Shown piece after piece: positions 8,729-19,169 of a DNA stretch of 61,384 bases; position 1 is the first letter of the stretch; every line of letters begins with the position of its first letter. This DNA comes from a virus (Duplodnaviria; Caudoviricetes), in IMG/VR virus record IMGVR_UViG_3300037961_004286, positions 1 through 61,384 of that record. One strand, written 5' to 3'. The notes under the pieces were generated by a model, which had not been told where the DNA came from, ran no database searches, and saw only the letters and a list, made by a program, of their open reading frames with translations. The position numbers and the translations under genes are program-made.

Positions 8729-11221
8729 ATGGATTACTATACTAATATTGTTCGTCGAGGTGATAGACTTCTTATCAGAGGTGTTCGCAACGGAGAAGAG
8801 GTTCGTGACAAGGTACGTTACGAACCTACTCTGTATATTGAACATCATAAAGATTATGGCTATAAGTCGCTATATGGTAAAAGTCTTAAACCTATAGAGT
8901 TTTCTAATATGAATGAAGCTTGGGAGTTTTCTGCTGAGCATAAAGATTCTAATCTTAAAGTGTATGGTTTTCCTCGTTTTGAGTCTCAATATTCTTTAGA
9001 AAACTTCGGTGACGCTGTTACTAAATGGGATAAGAAAGATCTAAGAATATTCAATATAGATATTGAGGTATTTTCTAACGAAGGTTTTCCTGAAGCTAAA
9101 GACGCTGCTTATCCTGTTACTGCTATCTGTATACATGATTCTAAAGTAGATAAATTTGTTACTTTTGGTCATGGTAAATGGAATGAAAAAGAGTCTATTC
9201 TACCAGAAGACATTCGTTCTAGAGTTATGTATGTTGAATGTAAGACTGAAACAGATCTACTTACTAAGTTTCTTCAGTACTGGAATAAATTTACTCCTAA
9301 TATTGTTACTGGTTGGAATATTGAGAAGTTTGACTTTCCTTATCTCTATAATAGACTAGAGAATATGGGTATAGGAGGTCATAAGCTGTCTCCTTGGGGT
9401 AGAGCATCTCTTCGTAATATCTCAACTTCTAGAGGAGAAGAAATAGCGGTTACTATTGACGGGGTAGATCAGATTGACTATATTGAACGTTATCGTAAAA
9501 CTAAGATACAAGAATCGTATAGACTCGACTTTATCGCTTCTGTAGAATTAGGAGAAAGAAAGTTAGACTATTCAGAAGTTTCTGGTTTGCATATGCTATA
9601 TGTAGAAAACTTTCAGAAATTTATTGACTATAATATTCAGGACGTTAATCTTGTTAAACGTCTCGATGAAAAGTTAGGTCTTATTGACGCTCAGATTATG
9701 ATAGCGTATATGGCTTGTATTAACTATGGTGAGGTTAACTCTACTGTTAGAACCTGGGATAGCTTGATTAATAAAGAGCTACAAAAGGATAGAGTTATAC
9801 CTCATTTTCATATTACTACTGCTGAATCGTCAGGTAATATTCCAGGTGGTCATGTTAAAGAACCTCAAGTAGGAAAGCATGGCTGGTGTATGTCTTTTGA
9901 CTTAAACTCTCTATATCCTCACCTTATCATGCAGTTTAATATCTCTCCTGAAACCTTTAGACCAGAAGAACAAGTATGGCCTATGGAAGGTGATATGGAA
10001 AGAGTGCAGAAGTTTTTGTCTAAAGAGAAATATAAAGCACCTAAAGGATTGTCAGTATCTGGATCGGGATACACGTTCTCCAATGAGATAGAAGGGGTAA
10101 TCCCACGTCTAATGCGTAGATTGTATGATGATCGTAAGAAAATTAAACAAGCTATGCTACAAAAACAAAGAGAGGGTAAAGATGACTCTCTTGAAAACTT
10201 ACGACAATATGTTATAAAGATTCTACTTAATTCAGGTTATGGTGCGTTCGTTAACAAATACTTTAGATGGTATGATCAACGTATTGGTAAGTCTATTACT
10301 CTATCGGGTCAGTTAGTTATTCAGATTGCTGAACGCGAGATTAATAAATGGATGAATAAGGTCTTACAAACTGAAAACGTAGATTATATTATTGCTATCG
10401 ATACTGACTCTAACTATCTTAACTGTCAACCTTTAGTAGATAAGTTTTTCTCTAATAAATCTAAGAATGAAATAGTAGATATACTAGATAAAATTGCTAA
10501 AGAGCAAGTGCAGAAAGTTCTAGAAGAAGGATGGGTAGATACTAAAGATTATCTTAACGCTTACGATCAAAAGATGGTTATGGAAAGAGAAGCTATAGCT
10601 TCATCTGCTTTCTGGACTGCTAAGAAGAGATATGCTATGTGTGTTTGGGATATGGAAGGTGTTAGAATGCCTGATGATAAACCTAAACTTAAGATTCAAG
10701 GCTTAGATGCTATTAGATCCTCTACTCCTCAGTCATGCAGAGAAGCTCTACTTACTATGATTAGACTTACTCTACTAGAAGATGAAAAGACTCTTCAATC
10801 ATATATTTCTGACTTTAAAGATAAGTTCAAGGCTATGCAATTTGAAGATATAGCGTTTCCTCGTACGATGAATAATATTTCTAAAATGACTCAAACTTCA
10901 GGTTTTGCAAAGGGTACTCCTCCTCATATTAGAGGTGCTATACAGTTCAATAGATTACTAAAGCAATATAAGCTAGAAAAAGATTGGGAGACTATGAAAG
11001 ATGGCGAAAAAGGAAAATTCATCTATCTTCGCGAACCTAATAATATTGGTACTAATGTACTTTCTTTTAATCATACTGTTCCTAAAGAGTTTGACTTCAT
11101 AAAATATATTGACTTTGAGAAGCAATTTTCAAAAGCTATCATTGAGCCTATGGATATTATTCTATCTCCTATTGGTTGGACTCCGGAAAAGCAAAATACT
11201 CTAGAAGACTTCTTTTCTTAA
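8729..11221 (+). CDS. 43: Family B DNA polymerase (gp43)
   Basis: Exo motifs DIEV, GWNIEKFD, YNIQD; Pol motifs SFDLNSLYPHL, KILLNSGYG, IDTDS; no intein visible. Confidence 0.97.
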   Translation: MDYYTNIVRRGDRLLIRGVRNGEEVRDKVRYEPTLYIEHHKDYGYKSLYGKSLKPIEFSNMNEAWEFSAEHKDSNLKVYGFPRFESQYSLENFGDAVTKWDKKDLRIFNIDIEVFSNEGFPEAKDAAYPVTAICIHDSKVDKFVTFGHGKWNEKESILPEDIRSRVMYVECKTETDLLTKFLQYWNKFTPNIVTGWNIEKFDFPYLYNRLENMGIGGHKLSPWGRASLRNISTSRGEEIAVTIDGVDQIDYIERYRKTKIQESYRLDFIASVELGERKLDYSEVSGLHMLYVENFQKFIDYNIQDVNLVKRLDEKLGLIDAQIMIAYMACINYGEVNSTVRTWDSLINKELQKDRVIPHFHITTAESSGNIPGGHVKEPQVGKHGWCMSFDLNSLYPHLIMQFNISPETFRPEEQVWPMEGDMERVQKFLSKEKYKAPKGLSVSGSGYTFSNEIEGVIPRLMRRLYDDRKKIKQAMLQKQREGKDDSLENLRQYVIKILLNSGYGAFVNKYFRWYDQRIGKSITLSGQLVIQIAEREINKWMNKVLQTENVDYIIAIDTDSNYLNCQPLVDKFFSNKSKNEIVDILDKIAKEQVQKVLEEGWVDTKDYLNAYDQKMVMEREAIASSAFWTAKKRYAMCVWDMEGVRMPDDKPKLKIQGLDAIRSSTPQSCREALLTMIRLTLLEDEKTLQSYISDFKDKFKAMQFEDIAFPRTMNNISKMTQTSGFAKGTPPHIRGAIQFNRLLKQYKLEKDWETMKDGEKGKFIYLREPNNIGTNVLSFNHTVPKEFDFIKYIDFEKQFSKAIIEPMDIILSPIGWTPEKQNTLEDFFS

Positions 11222-11245
11222 TAAATAGAATAAAGGAATTCTACT

Positions 11246-11671
11246 ATGGATATTGAACTAGTTAAAAAATTTGGTAGTCTAGCTAACTTTAGAGATTTTC
11301 TATCTGAAAAAATAAACGATGGAGCTGAAATTTCTAGAGGTAAAGACAGTAACGATACTTCTAAAGAAGAGAAAAAAGAAAAAAAGATTTCTAAAGAAGT
11401 AGAAAAGAAAGCTGATGGCTCATCTACTGAAACTCATTACGATACAGACACGGGAGAAGAGCAACCTAATCCAGCAGAAATGCCTCCTCCTGCTCCCCCA
11501 GTAGATCCTGCAGCAGCTCCTGGTTCTCAAGTAGCTGTAGGAAAAAAAGATACTAATGATAATGAAGCAGATGCAGATAAGGCTGTTAAAATAGAACTTT
11601 CTGGTCAGAAAGAAAAACTTAATCTAAAGCCTAAGGTTACAGTCAAAGATAATGGAACTGACAGAAAGTAA
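11246..11671 (+). CDS. Charged Pro-rich late protein, possible prohead core/internal protein
   Basis: ATAAATA at 11221; NFRDFLSE motif resembling T4 capsid-targeting sequence. Confidence 0.5.
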   Translation: MDIELVKKFGSLANFRDFLSEKINDGAEISRGKDSNDTSKEEKKEKKISKEVEKKADGSSTETHYDTDTGEEQPNPAEMPPPAPPVDPAAAPGSQVAVGKKDTNDNEADADKAVKIELSGQKEKLNLKPKVTVKDNGTDRK

Positions 11672-12020
11672 TTTGGAGATTTACGCAGCTAAGCATTATA
11701 GATCAGAATCGTGTCTAAGTAAAGAAGAGTTTATAGAAGATTATAATAGACACAAACTTGCGAAGAAACTGACTAAAAAATTTGCAGCGGAAAAGTCAGA
11801 GAATATTAGATTATTATGTAACCATATATTATGTTTTACTAATAGTTTTGAATTACCTGCAGCTAAAAATATATTAATGTATGGTATAACAGAGAAAGAA
11901 AAGAGTGTAATGAAGACAGTGTTAAATTATTTTGGCTTTTTAGTTCAAGGAGAAATGCCTCAAATTAAATTTGATTTATACACTGCAAAAGTTCTTAAAG
12001 AGATGGATAATGGCCGTTAA
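11652..12020 (+). CDS. Conserved T4-like hypothetical protein
   Basis: ELTESN..IYAAKHY...EEFIED...RLLCNH pattern. Confidence 0.7.
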   Translation: MELTESNLEIYAAKHYRSESCLSKEEFIEDYNRHKLAKKLTKKFAAEKSENIRLLCNHILCFTNSFELPAAKNILMYGITEKEKSVMKTVLNYFGFLVQGEMPQIKFDLYTAKVLKEMDNGR

Positions 12021-12576
12021 TCAAGTTGTAGATACAGTAATTATTTTTAGAATACTTAAAAAACTGGTAACTCCTTTTCACAAAACCCCTGCTTTCAAAG
12101 CTGGTGTAATAGATAGAAATGGCAAAATTTTAATTAGACCAGGAGATAGAACAGCTAACCAAAAAAAGACTATTACTCTTTTAGATAGAATGGTTTTTAA
12201 TCTTAAAAGACTATTAGCTAAAGTTCCAGGTGGCAAGACTCAACTTGCATCTTATGTTGCAGCTTTAGCTCTAATAAAAGAGTATGTGGAAAAAGAGTCT
12301 AACGAAAAGACATCTCAAGTGTTATTAGAAAAATTAGAAGAACATAAAATTATACCTAAAACAAAATATGACTTATCAACTCAAGAAGGCTTTATGGATG
12401 CTTGGGAAGAAGCTATGTATGAAGGAATGGCTTCTGGCGCATCTATAGGTGGTCCTCTCTCAGGAGCAGGTTCTAACGCTCAAGTAAATGCCACAGGATT
12501 AGCAGGGATTGATCCTGTTCTAGGCAATAAAAAAATTAAAAGAAGAAAAGATCTACGTAAAATACTTGACAGATAA
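12010..12576 (+). CDS. Conserved T4-like late/structural hypothetical protein
   Basis: FRILKKLVTPF..TPAF..GVID..GK, RMVFNLKRLL. Confidence 0.7.
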   Translation: MAVNQVVDTVIIFRILKKLVTPFHKTPAFKAGVIDRNGKILIRPGDRTANQKKTITLLDRMVFNLKRLLAKVPGGKTQLASYVAALALIKEYVEKESNEKTSQVLLEKLEEHKIIPKTKYDLSTQEGFMDAWEEAMYEGMASGASIGGPLSGAGSNAQVNATGLAGIDPVLGNKKIKRRKDLRKILDR

Positions 12577-12590
12577 ATTATAATATCTTT

Positions 12591-13451
12591 ATGTTCAAGT
12601 CATTGAGTGATTGTGTTATGCAGGGTACTTGCCCGTATTGTGGAAACGATTCTTTTGTTTACACATACGAAGAAGAAAAAGTATTTTTATGTCATCATTG
12701 TCAAAGACACTTAAGCTACGAAAAGGTAATAAAAAATGCTAACATGGATAGTAATGATGATCGGAATATTCGGTCTGTCTCAAGAGTCGCCGTTAACTAT
12801 CAGAGCGTGTTACGTAATTGTGAGAGCTTATCTAATCTTGCTGATAACCATGAGTGCGTACTATATGCACGGTCTAGAAACCTCCCTGACAGCGTTTATA
12901 GTGAGTTATATTACTGTGAAGACTTTGGAATGGTTGCTGAAGCTGCCGGCATTAAAATTAAAGGATCTAAAAGACTTGTAATACCTCTCAAGAACGAGAA
13001 TAACGAATTATTTGGGGTTCAGGGAAGATCTCTAGACGGTTCCGAACCTAGATACTTAACTATAATGTTTAATGAAGACGAAGAAAAGATATATGGAAAA
13101 CATAAAGTTGATCTTACTAAAACTTTCTATTGTGTAGAAGGACCATTAGACAGTTTATTTCTAAAAAATTGTATTGCTATGGCAGGATCCGATGGTCTAT
13201 CAGATAAATACAACTCCAACGCTGTCTTGTGCTTTGATAATGAGCCACGAAACAAGCAAATTGTTGATAAAGTGGAGAAATATATTGACAAAGGTTTCAA
13301 GACAGTCATATGGCCTGACTATATTAAAGAAAAAGACATAAACGATATGATACTTAAAGGTATTGATGTTCAATCAATAGTTGAGCATAATACTTACGCT
13401 GGACTTGCAGCTAAAATTAAGTTTAACGCATGGAAGAAGGTAAATGGCTAA
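12591..13451 (+). CDS. 61: DNA primase (gp61) with short N-terminal Zn finger
   Basis: RLVIP, GVQGRSL, YCVEGPLDSLFL, DNEPRN, KDINDM TOPRIM motifs. Confidence 0.93.
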   Translation: MFKSLSDCVMQGTCPYCGNDSFVYTYEEEKVFLCHHCQRHLSYEKVIKNANMDSNDDRNIRSVSRVAVNYQSVLRNCESLSNLADNHECVLYARSRNLPDSVYSELYYCEDFGMVAEAAGIKIKGSKRLVIPLKNENNELFGVQGRSLDGSEPRYLTIMFNEDEEKIYGKHKVDLTKTFYCVEGPLDSLFLKNCIAMAGSDGLSDKYNSNAVLCFDNEPRNKQIVDKVEKYIDKGFKTVIWPDYIKEKDINDMILKGIDVQSIVEHNTYAGLAAKIKFNAWKKVNG

Positions 13452-15435
13452 TAAATTAAAAGTTAATTATAACATGGACGAACATCTAACTGATTATGCT
13501 ATAGGAATGTTAGAAGATTTTTATATGTTAGAGCATGAGAAATCACCACAAGACGCATATGCAAGAGCTTCAACAGCTTGGGCAACTTATAAAGGCGAAA
13601 CTGATCATGAATTAGCTCAACGTTTATATGAATATGTTAGTAAAAAATATTTTATGTTTGCATCTCCAGTATTATCTAATGCACCAAATGGAAAGAAAAA
13701 AGACAAAGGTCTTCCTATTTCTTGTTTTTTGACTTATGTACCAGATACATTAGAAGGTCTTATTAGCCATAGCTCTGAACTGCGATGGTTATCTATCTAT
13801 GGAGGAGGTGTTGGAGGCCATTGGTCAGATGTTAGGACTGTGAGTGATATTGCTCCCGGTCCTATTCCATTTTTGCATACTGTAGATGCTGATATGATTG
13901 CTTATAGACAAGGAAGAACTCGTAAAGGTTCTTATGCTGCATATATGGATGTATCTCATCCTGATATTATGGAGTTCTTAAATTTAAGAATACCTACAGG
14001 TGATGTACAACGAAAAGCTCTTAACTTACACAACGCAGTTAATATTTCGGATGAGTTTATGCATTGTGTGTTCGAAGGAGAACCTTGGCATCTAAAGGAC
14101 CCTAAAGATAATTCAGTTAAGGAGACTGTAAATGCTAGAAAATTATGGGAACGTATTTTGGAGATTAGGTTTCGAACCGGAGAACCATATCTTAATTTTA
14201 TTGACACTGCTAACAACGCGCTTCCTTCCAACTTGAAAAACTTAGGATTAAAAATTCATGGATCTAATCTTTGTAATGAGATACATTTGCCAACGAGTGG
14301 CGACAGGACTGCAGTCTGCTGCCTTTCATCTCTTAATCTTGAATTATATGATGAATGGAAGGATACGACCATTGTCGAGGATCTTATCACTATGCTCGAT
14401 AATGTTATTCAGTATTTCATCGATAATGCCCCAGATGCAATCTCAAGAGCTAGATTCTCAGCTGAAAGAGAGAGATCTATAGGTCTAGGAGCTATGGGAT
14501 TTCATTCATATTTACAAAGAAATAATATTCCATGGGAATCAGAATCAGCATCAGTAAAAAATATAATTATATTTGACAACATTAAAGATAAATCAGTTAA
14601 ACAATCTAAATCATTAGCATCAATAAGAGGAGAGTATCCAGATGGTATTGGAACTGGTCTTAGACATGCGCACTTACTTGCAATCGCTCCCAACGCCTCT
14701 AGTGGTATCATTCTTTCTACTAGCCCTAGCATTGAGCCGATGAAAGCTAATGCGTTTACTCATAGAACTAGAGCAGGTTCTTTCTTAGTTAAAAATCAAT
14801 ATCTAAAGAAAGTATTACAAAAACATGATAAAAACGATGATAAGACATGGTCGTCAATCATTACAAACAAAGGTAGTGTACAACACCTCTCTTTCTTATC
14901 AGATACGGAAAAGAGTGTATTTAAGACTGCGCAAGAACTCGATCAAATGTGGGTTGTCAAACATGCAGCGGAAAGGCAAAGATTTATATGTCAAGGTCAG
15001 TCCGTTAATCTTTTCTTCCCTGCTGGCAGCGAAAAGTCCTATGTTAATAAAGTTCACCTTGCCGCGTGGGAGCAAGGGCTTAAAGGGTTATACTATCTAC
15101 GTACAGAAGCAAAGTCAAGAGCTGAGACTGTTGCAGATAAAGTAGAAAGAATAGCATTAGAAGATTATAAAGGTACTGTTATCTACGGTAAAGACGATTG
15201 TCCTTATTGTGAGATGGCTAAAGAAGAATTCCTTATGAGAGGAATACAATTTGAGTTTGTAGATCTCAAAGAGATAAAAAAGACTGCAGCGGAAGTAACA
15301 GGCAGAGATGTCAAAACCATTCCGCAAATTTATTATAATGGTAATTATGTAGGAGGGTATGAAGAACTTATGTCTTTCTTACATGATGATGTCGCAGTTC
15401 AAGAAGGCGACGAATGTAGAGCGTGTGAAGGATAA
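13444..15435 (+). CDS. nrdA: Class I ribonucleotide reductase alpha subunit fused to glutaredoxin
   Basis: ISCF, SNLCNEI, APNASS, LYYLR; Grx CPYC/TIPQI/GGY; terminal CRACEG. Confidence 0.95.
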   Translation: MANKLKVNYNMDEHLTDYAIGMLEDFYMLEHEKSPQDAYARASTAWATYKGETDHELAQRLYEYVSKKYFMFASPVLSNAPNGKKKDKGLPISCFLTYVPDTLEGLISHSSELRWLSIYGGGVGGHWSDVRTVSDIAPGPIPFLHTVDADMIAYRQGRTRKGSYAAYMDVSHPDIMEFLNLRIPTGDVQRKALNLHNAVNISDEFMHCVFEGEPWHLKDPKDNSVKETVNARKLWERILEIRFRTGEPYLNFIDTANNALPSNLKNLGLKIHGSNLCNEIHLPTSGDRTAVCCLSSLNLELYDEWKDTTIVEDLITMLDNVIQYFIDNAPDAISRARFSAERERSIGLGAMGFHSYLQRNNIPWESESASVKNIIIFDNIKDKSVKQSKSLASIRGEYPDGIGTGLRHAHLLAIAPNASSGIILSTSPSIEPMKANAFTHRTRAGSFLVKNQYLKKVLQKHDKNDDKTWSSIITNKGSVQHLSFLSDTEKSVFKTAQELDQMWVVKHAAERQRFICQGQSVNLFFPAGSEKSYVNKVHLAAWEQGLKGLYYLRTEAKSRAETVADKVERIALEDYKGTVIYGKDDCPYCEMAKEEFLMRGIQFEFVDLKEIKKTAAEVTGRDVKTIPQIYYNGNYVGGYEELMSFLHDDVAVQEGDECRACEG

Positions 15436-15445
15436 GGAGAATTAT

Positions 15446-15625
15446 ATGTCTACATATACAGACGAACTTAAAGCAGAACTGGACAGAGTCACACTTAGAG
15501 GCAGTCCAGATAAATCATCGTTTGCTAAATTAGCATCTGTAATTTGGAGAATGGATCAAAGAATTCAGATGTTAGAAGAGCAGATTGTGGTAGATAGTAA
15601 ACCAAAGAAGAAAAAGGAAAACTAA
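15446..15625 (+). CDS. Small hypothetical protein
   Basis: AAGGAG RBS; TAATG coupling to nrdB. Confidence 0.65.
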   Translation: MSTYTDELKAELDRVTLRGSPDKSSFAKLASVIWRMDQRIQMLEEQIVVDSKPKKKKEN

Positions 15626-16590
15626 TGTCATTACTTGAAGAATCTAAAACTTATAAACCCTTCTTGTATCCTTGGGCAGTTGATCTGGTTAAGAAACACG
15701 AAGAAATTCACTGGGTAGAAGATGAAGCTGAACTGTCTGAAGACGTTCAGGACTGGCGCACAAAACTTAACGACGAAGAGAAAGAGTTTATTACTCATGT
15801 TCTAAGATTGTTTACTCAATCTGATGTACAAGTAGGAGCTAACTATCATGACTTTCTTATTCCAAAATTTAAGAACAACGAAGTTAGAAATATGTTAGCT
15901 TCTTTTGCTAACAGAGAAGGTGTGCATCAACGTGCATATGCTTTGCTAAACGATACGCTAGGTCTACCAGAAGAAGACTTTCATAAGTTTTTAGAGTATT
16001 CTGAAATGGCAGATAAGATTGAATTCATGCAAGATAATAATGTTACTACTCAAACAGGTTTAGCATTAGCATTGGCTCAATCTGTGTTTAACGAAGGAAT
16101 GTCTTTATTTGCTTCGTTTGTTATGCTTCTTAACTTTCAACGTTTTGGAAAAATGAAAGGTATGGGAACAATCGTAGAATGGTCTATTAGAGATGAATCT
16201 ATGCATGTTCAAGGTAATGCAAAGCTGTTCAGAACTTTTTGTGAAGAACATCCTCGCATTGTAACTGATGAGCTTAAGTCTAAAATTTATCAAATGTCTA
16301 AAGATGCTGTAGCTTTAGAAGATAAGTTTATTAGATTAGCTTTTAAAGGTAATGCTATCGAAGGTATTACTGAAAAAGAAGTCAAGCAATACATTAGACA
16401 TATTGCAGACAGAAGACTTCTACAATTGGGTATGAAACCCAAGTTTAACGTCAAAGACAATCCTATTCCATGGTTAGATTGGGTTCTCAATGGCGCTTCA
16501 CACGACAACTTCTTTGAAAAAAGAGTTACAGAATATTCAGTTACTAGCATGGAAGGTAACTGGGGTAGTTATGAAAGGACAGCAGCGTAA
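15625..16590 (+). CDS. nrdB: Ribonucleotide reductase beta subunit
   Basis: EGVHQRAY, EGMSLFASF, RDESMH, NFFE. Confidence 0.96.
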   Translation: MSLLEESKTYKPFLYPWAVDLVKKHEEIHWVEDEAELSEDVQDWRTKLNDEEKEFITHVLRLFTQSDVQVGANYHDFLIPKFKNNEVRNMLASFANREGVHQRAYALLNDTLGLPEEDFHKFLEYSEMADKIEFMQDNNVTTQTGLALALAQSVFNEGMSLFASFVMLLNFQRFGKMKGMGTIVEWSIRDESMHVQGNAKLFRTFCEEHPRIVTDELKSKIYQMSKDAVALEDKFIRLAFKGNAIEGITEKEVKQYIRHIADRRLLQLGMKPKFNVKDNPIPWLDWVLNGASHDNFFEKRVTEYSVTSMEGNWGSYERTAA

Positions 16591-16829
16591 TGGAAATGTT
16601 AAAAGCTTTAATTAAACAATATGAAGGGGAGATTGCTGTAGCACAGGCTACGGTCCGTATCTATATGAATAATAGTGTAGGTATTGGAGAACACCCACAG
16701 CATGCAGAAGAGATTGACACTCTGTTAGGAACTATTGCGGATCGTCAAGACAAAATTGAAGCTGCTGAGGAGATGATGGACTCCAGATACACGGATCGAA
16801 TGACTTTAAATGAGACATCCTCAGTCTAA
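16590..16829 (+). CDS. Conserved hypothetical protein
   Basis: VGIGEHP motif; coupled to nrdB. Confidence 0.7.
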   Translation: MEMLKALIKQYEGEIAVAQATVRIYMNNSVGIGEHPQHAEEIDTLLGTIADRQDKIEAAEEMMDSRYTDRMTLNETSSV

Positions 16830-17100
16830 TATTAATCATGTCGTTTAAGCACAAAGGGTCATCTCTTTGTTGCCATTGTAATAAAAACTCAGCCATCTTG
16901 GCGTATGACTTTTGGTCATACTCCTTGATGGTTTCCTTTTTTAACTCACCTTCATACTCTTTTACTATTGTTGATGAACCAAAATATTTTTCATAAAGTT
17001 TATCAGGTTTACCTGAATAACCAATGTAATATCTACCATCTGGGAAGTAAGTACAATATACTCTATGAACCTTCTTAGGAACTTTTTTTCGCTTTCTCAT
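16732..17100 (-). CDS. GIY-YIG family endonuclease-like protein
   Basis: VYCTYFPDGRYYIG, YFGSS; TATAAATA 4 nt upstream on minus strand; the only credible minus-strand gene. Confidence 0.75.
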   Translation of the reverse strand: MRKRKKVPKKVHRVYCTYFPDGRYYIGYSGKPDKLYEKYFGSSTIVKEYEGELKKETIKEYDQKSYAKMAEFLLQWQQRDDPLCLNDMINIRLRMSHLKSFDPCIWSPSSPQQLQFCLDDPQ

Positions 17101-17111
17101 ATTATATTTAT

Positions 17112-18800
17112 ATGTGCGGAATAAATGGTATTACATCTCCTAATCAATTCGATAGAATAGATAAGATGATGGAGTACACTTATAAAAGAGGACCTGATGG
17201 AAAAGACGTTTATAGTAATGATGACGTTACATTTGGTCATAACCTTCTTGCTATATTTTCTGACATAGATAAATCTAAACAACCATATCATTATGAAGAT
17301 AGTGTACTTATCTTTAATGGTGCTATCTATAATTATAAAGAACTTGATGAATGGAATAGTCAATCAGGTACAGATACTGAAGTACTAATAAAAGGTTTAT
17401 ATCATTATGGTATAGATTTTATGAATAGATGTGAAGGTATGTGGGCTTTTGCATTTTATAGAAAAGGTTATACTATTATATGTAGAGATCATTTTGGTAT
17501 AAAACCTCTTTACTACAGACATAATGGTAATGAGTTAGTATTCTCATCTTCTATAAATGCTTTAGAAGTAGAAGATAAAAAACTTGATATGTTTGCTTTT
17601 AGTTTATACAATGCTTTTGGTTATGTTCCTGGATATCTAACTCTACTAAAAGGTTGTTACAAACTATGTCCAGGAGAATACATTACACATACAAAAGATA
17701 GTTTTAGTTCTGGTAATCTTTGGTATAGTAAAAAGTTTAGTATAGGTGAATATAATAAAGAAGAGTTTGTTTCTAAACTAGAACAAGCAGTAAAAAAGAG
17801 CTATGTAGGAATAAGACAGAGAGGTATCTTTTTATCAGGAGGACTTGATTCAACCTCTGTAGCTCATTTTCTTGGTGAAAAAAATACTTTTACTAATAGA
17901 TATACAGCAATAGATGAGCAGGTTAATGATGATGCTAACGTTGCTAAAAAAATGGCAGATGATTATAAATTTAACCATGAAGAGGTTATTATTACTCCTG
18001 AAATATTTTACGATAACATAGACGAATCCTTAGATAGCTTAGAACTTCCTGTGTTTAATAAATCTACTCCTTCTTATTTTTATATGAATAAAATAATGAG
18101 ATCTAAAAATACTATAGTAACTTATTCAGGAGACGGTGGAGACGAAATGTATACAGGTTACTCTGTTCATGGTCAATACGGTAACTATGAAGATCCTATA
18201 GAAGATCACTTTGAAACTATAAGCTGGAAGAAAAAGAAACAATTAAAGTTTACTAATGACAGTCTTTATATGACTAAGCAAAAATATCTATCTTATATGC
18301 ATAACTGGTTTCCTAAAAATGTATTCGGAAATGATCATATCAATAACTGTTTATTTGTTGAAATGATTACTAGAGTATCAGAAGATTTTTTAACTAGAAA
18401 TGATAAGTTTGGTTCTAATTTTGGAATGGAAGGTAGATTTCCTCTACTTAATTTGCCTTTCTATATGTATGTTATGTCTATTCCTTCTAATATTAAGATG
18501 AAAAATTTATCTATAGAAAATTTTAAACCTGGTGAATATAAATTTTTAGCTAGGAACAGTTTAAGTAATATCTTACCTGATTATGTTACTACAAAAAGTA
18601 AGTCTGGATGGTCTATTCCTGATGCTGAATGGAGAAAACAAGAAGATAAATTTATATCTAAAATGACAGATATAATTAAAGAGCCTCTCAATAATAATTT
18701 AGATAGTATTATTGATTGGAACTCTTCTAATGGACCTAAAACTTTTTATGCAGCTGTATTTCTTAAACAATGGTTGAAGAAGCACTCTATCAGCTTATAA
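17112..18800 (+). CDS. asnB: Asparagine synthetase B-like glutamine amidotransferase
   Basis: MCGI N-terminus, RGPD, FNGAIYN, RDHFGIKPLYY, LSGGLDS, SGDGGDE. Confidence 0.9.
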   Translation: MCGINGITSPNQFDRIDKMMEYTYKRGPDGKDVYSNDDVTFGHNLLAIFSDIDKSKQPYHYEDSVLIFNGAIYNYKELDEWNSQSGTDTEVLIKGLYHYGIDFMNRCEGMWAFAFYRKGYTIICRDHFGIKPLYYRHNGNELVFSSSINALEVEDKKLDMFAFSLYNAFGYVPGYLTLLKGCYKLCPGEYITHTKDSFSSGNLWYSKKFSIGEYNKEEFVSKLEQAVKKSYVGIRQRGIFLSGGLDSTSVAHFLGEKNTFTNRYTAIDEQVNDDANVAKKMADDYKFNHEEVIITPEIFYDNIDESLDSLELPVFNKSTPSYFYMNKIMRSKNTIVTYSGDGGDEMYTGYSVHGQYGNYEDPIEDHFETISWKKKKQLKFTNDSLYMTKQKYLSYMHNWFPKNVFGNDHINNCLFVEMITRVSEDFLTRNDKFGSNFGMEGRFPLLNLPFYMYVMSIPSNIKMKNLSIENFKPGEYKFLARNSLSNILPDYVTTKSKSGWSIPDAEWRKQEDKFISKMTDIIKEPLNNNLDSIIDWNSSNGPKTFYAAVFLKQWLKKHSISL

Positions 18801-18801
18801 G

Positions 18802-18829
18802 AAAAAAATATTACTATACACTATAAATA
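18802..18829 (+). promoter_or_regulatory. Promoter for tmRNA (TATAAATA, with A-tract 20 nt upstream)
   Basis: TATAAATA at 18822-18829 just before the acceptor piece. Confidence 0.65.
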
Positions 18830-18914
18830 TATTATACAAGGTTTATGATCGTGTATAGAATATACGGGCTGGACGCGGGGGCAGTACCCGCCGCTTCCAC
18901 CATAAGGACATTGA

Positions 18915-19103
18915 ATGGAGATTATTTGGCATATATTGTTAACCGCTTGTCTAAATTCAGAGTGCAGAACTCAAGATGTACAGTGGTTTGAAAACAAAAA
19001 TACTTGTGAAGCAACTAAAAAGCTTTATGAAGAGATTCCTATAGACGGAAACTGGACAAGTGTTAATTATATATGTAAGCCAAAAGACTCAGTGTCTTTA
19101 TGA
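18915..19103 (+). CDS. 62-aa Cys-containing protein encoded inside the tmRNA intervening sequence
   Basis: AAGGA RBS just after CCA; stop ends 1 nt before the tmRNA 5' end. Confidence 0.7.
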   Translation: MEIIWHILLTACLNSECRTQDVQWFENKNTCEATKKLYEEIPIDGNWTSVNYICKPKDSVSL

Positions 19104-19169
19104 TGGGAGCGAACTAGGATCGACAGACGTCATAAAAATATGCGTAGATTTTGTATAATAAAAGTAACT

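Noticed and set aside
8729-16590. Inteins or introns in gp43, nrdA and nrdB
   Set aside because: ORFs are continuous, of normal length, with no intein terminal motifs
18866-18902. Apparent tRNA 3' half or attP-like tRNA fragment
   Set aside because: No anticodon or D-arm upstream; it pairs with 19105-19111 and is the tmRNA acceptor piece; no integrase nearby
18903-19104. Group I intron or homing endonuclease inside the tmRNA
   Set aside because: Too short, no recognisable intron core, ORF lacks nuclease motifs, and the position equals the normal permuted-gene IVS
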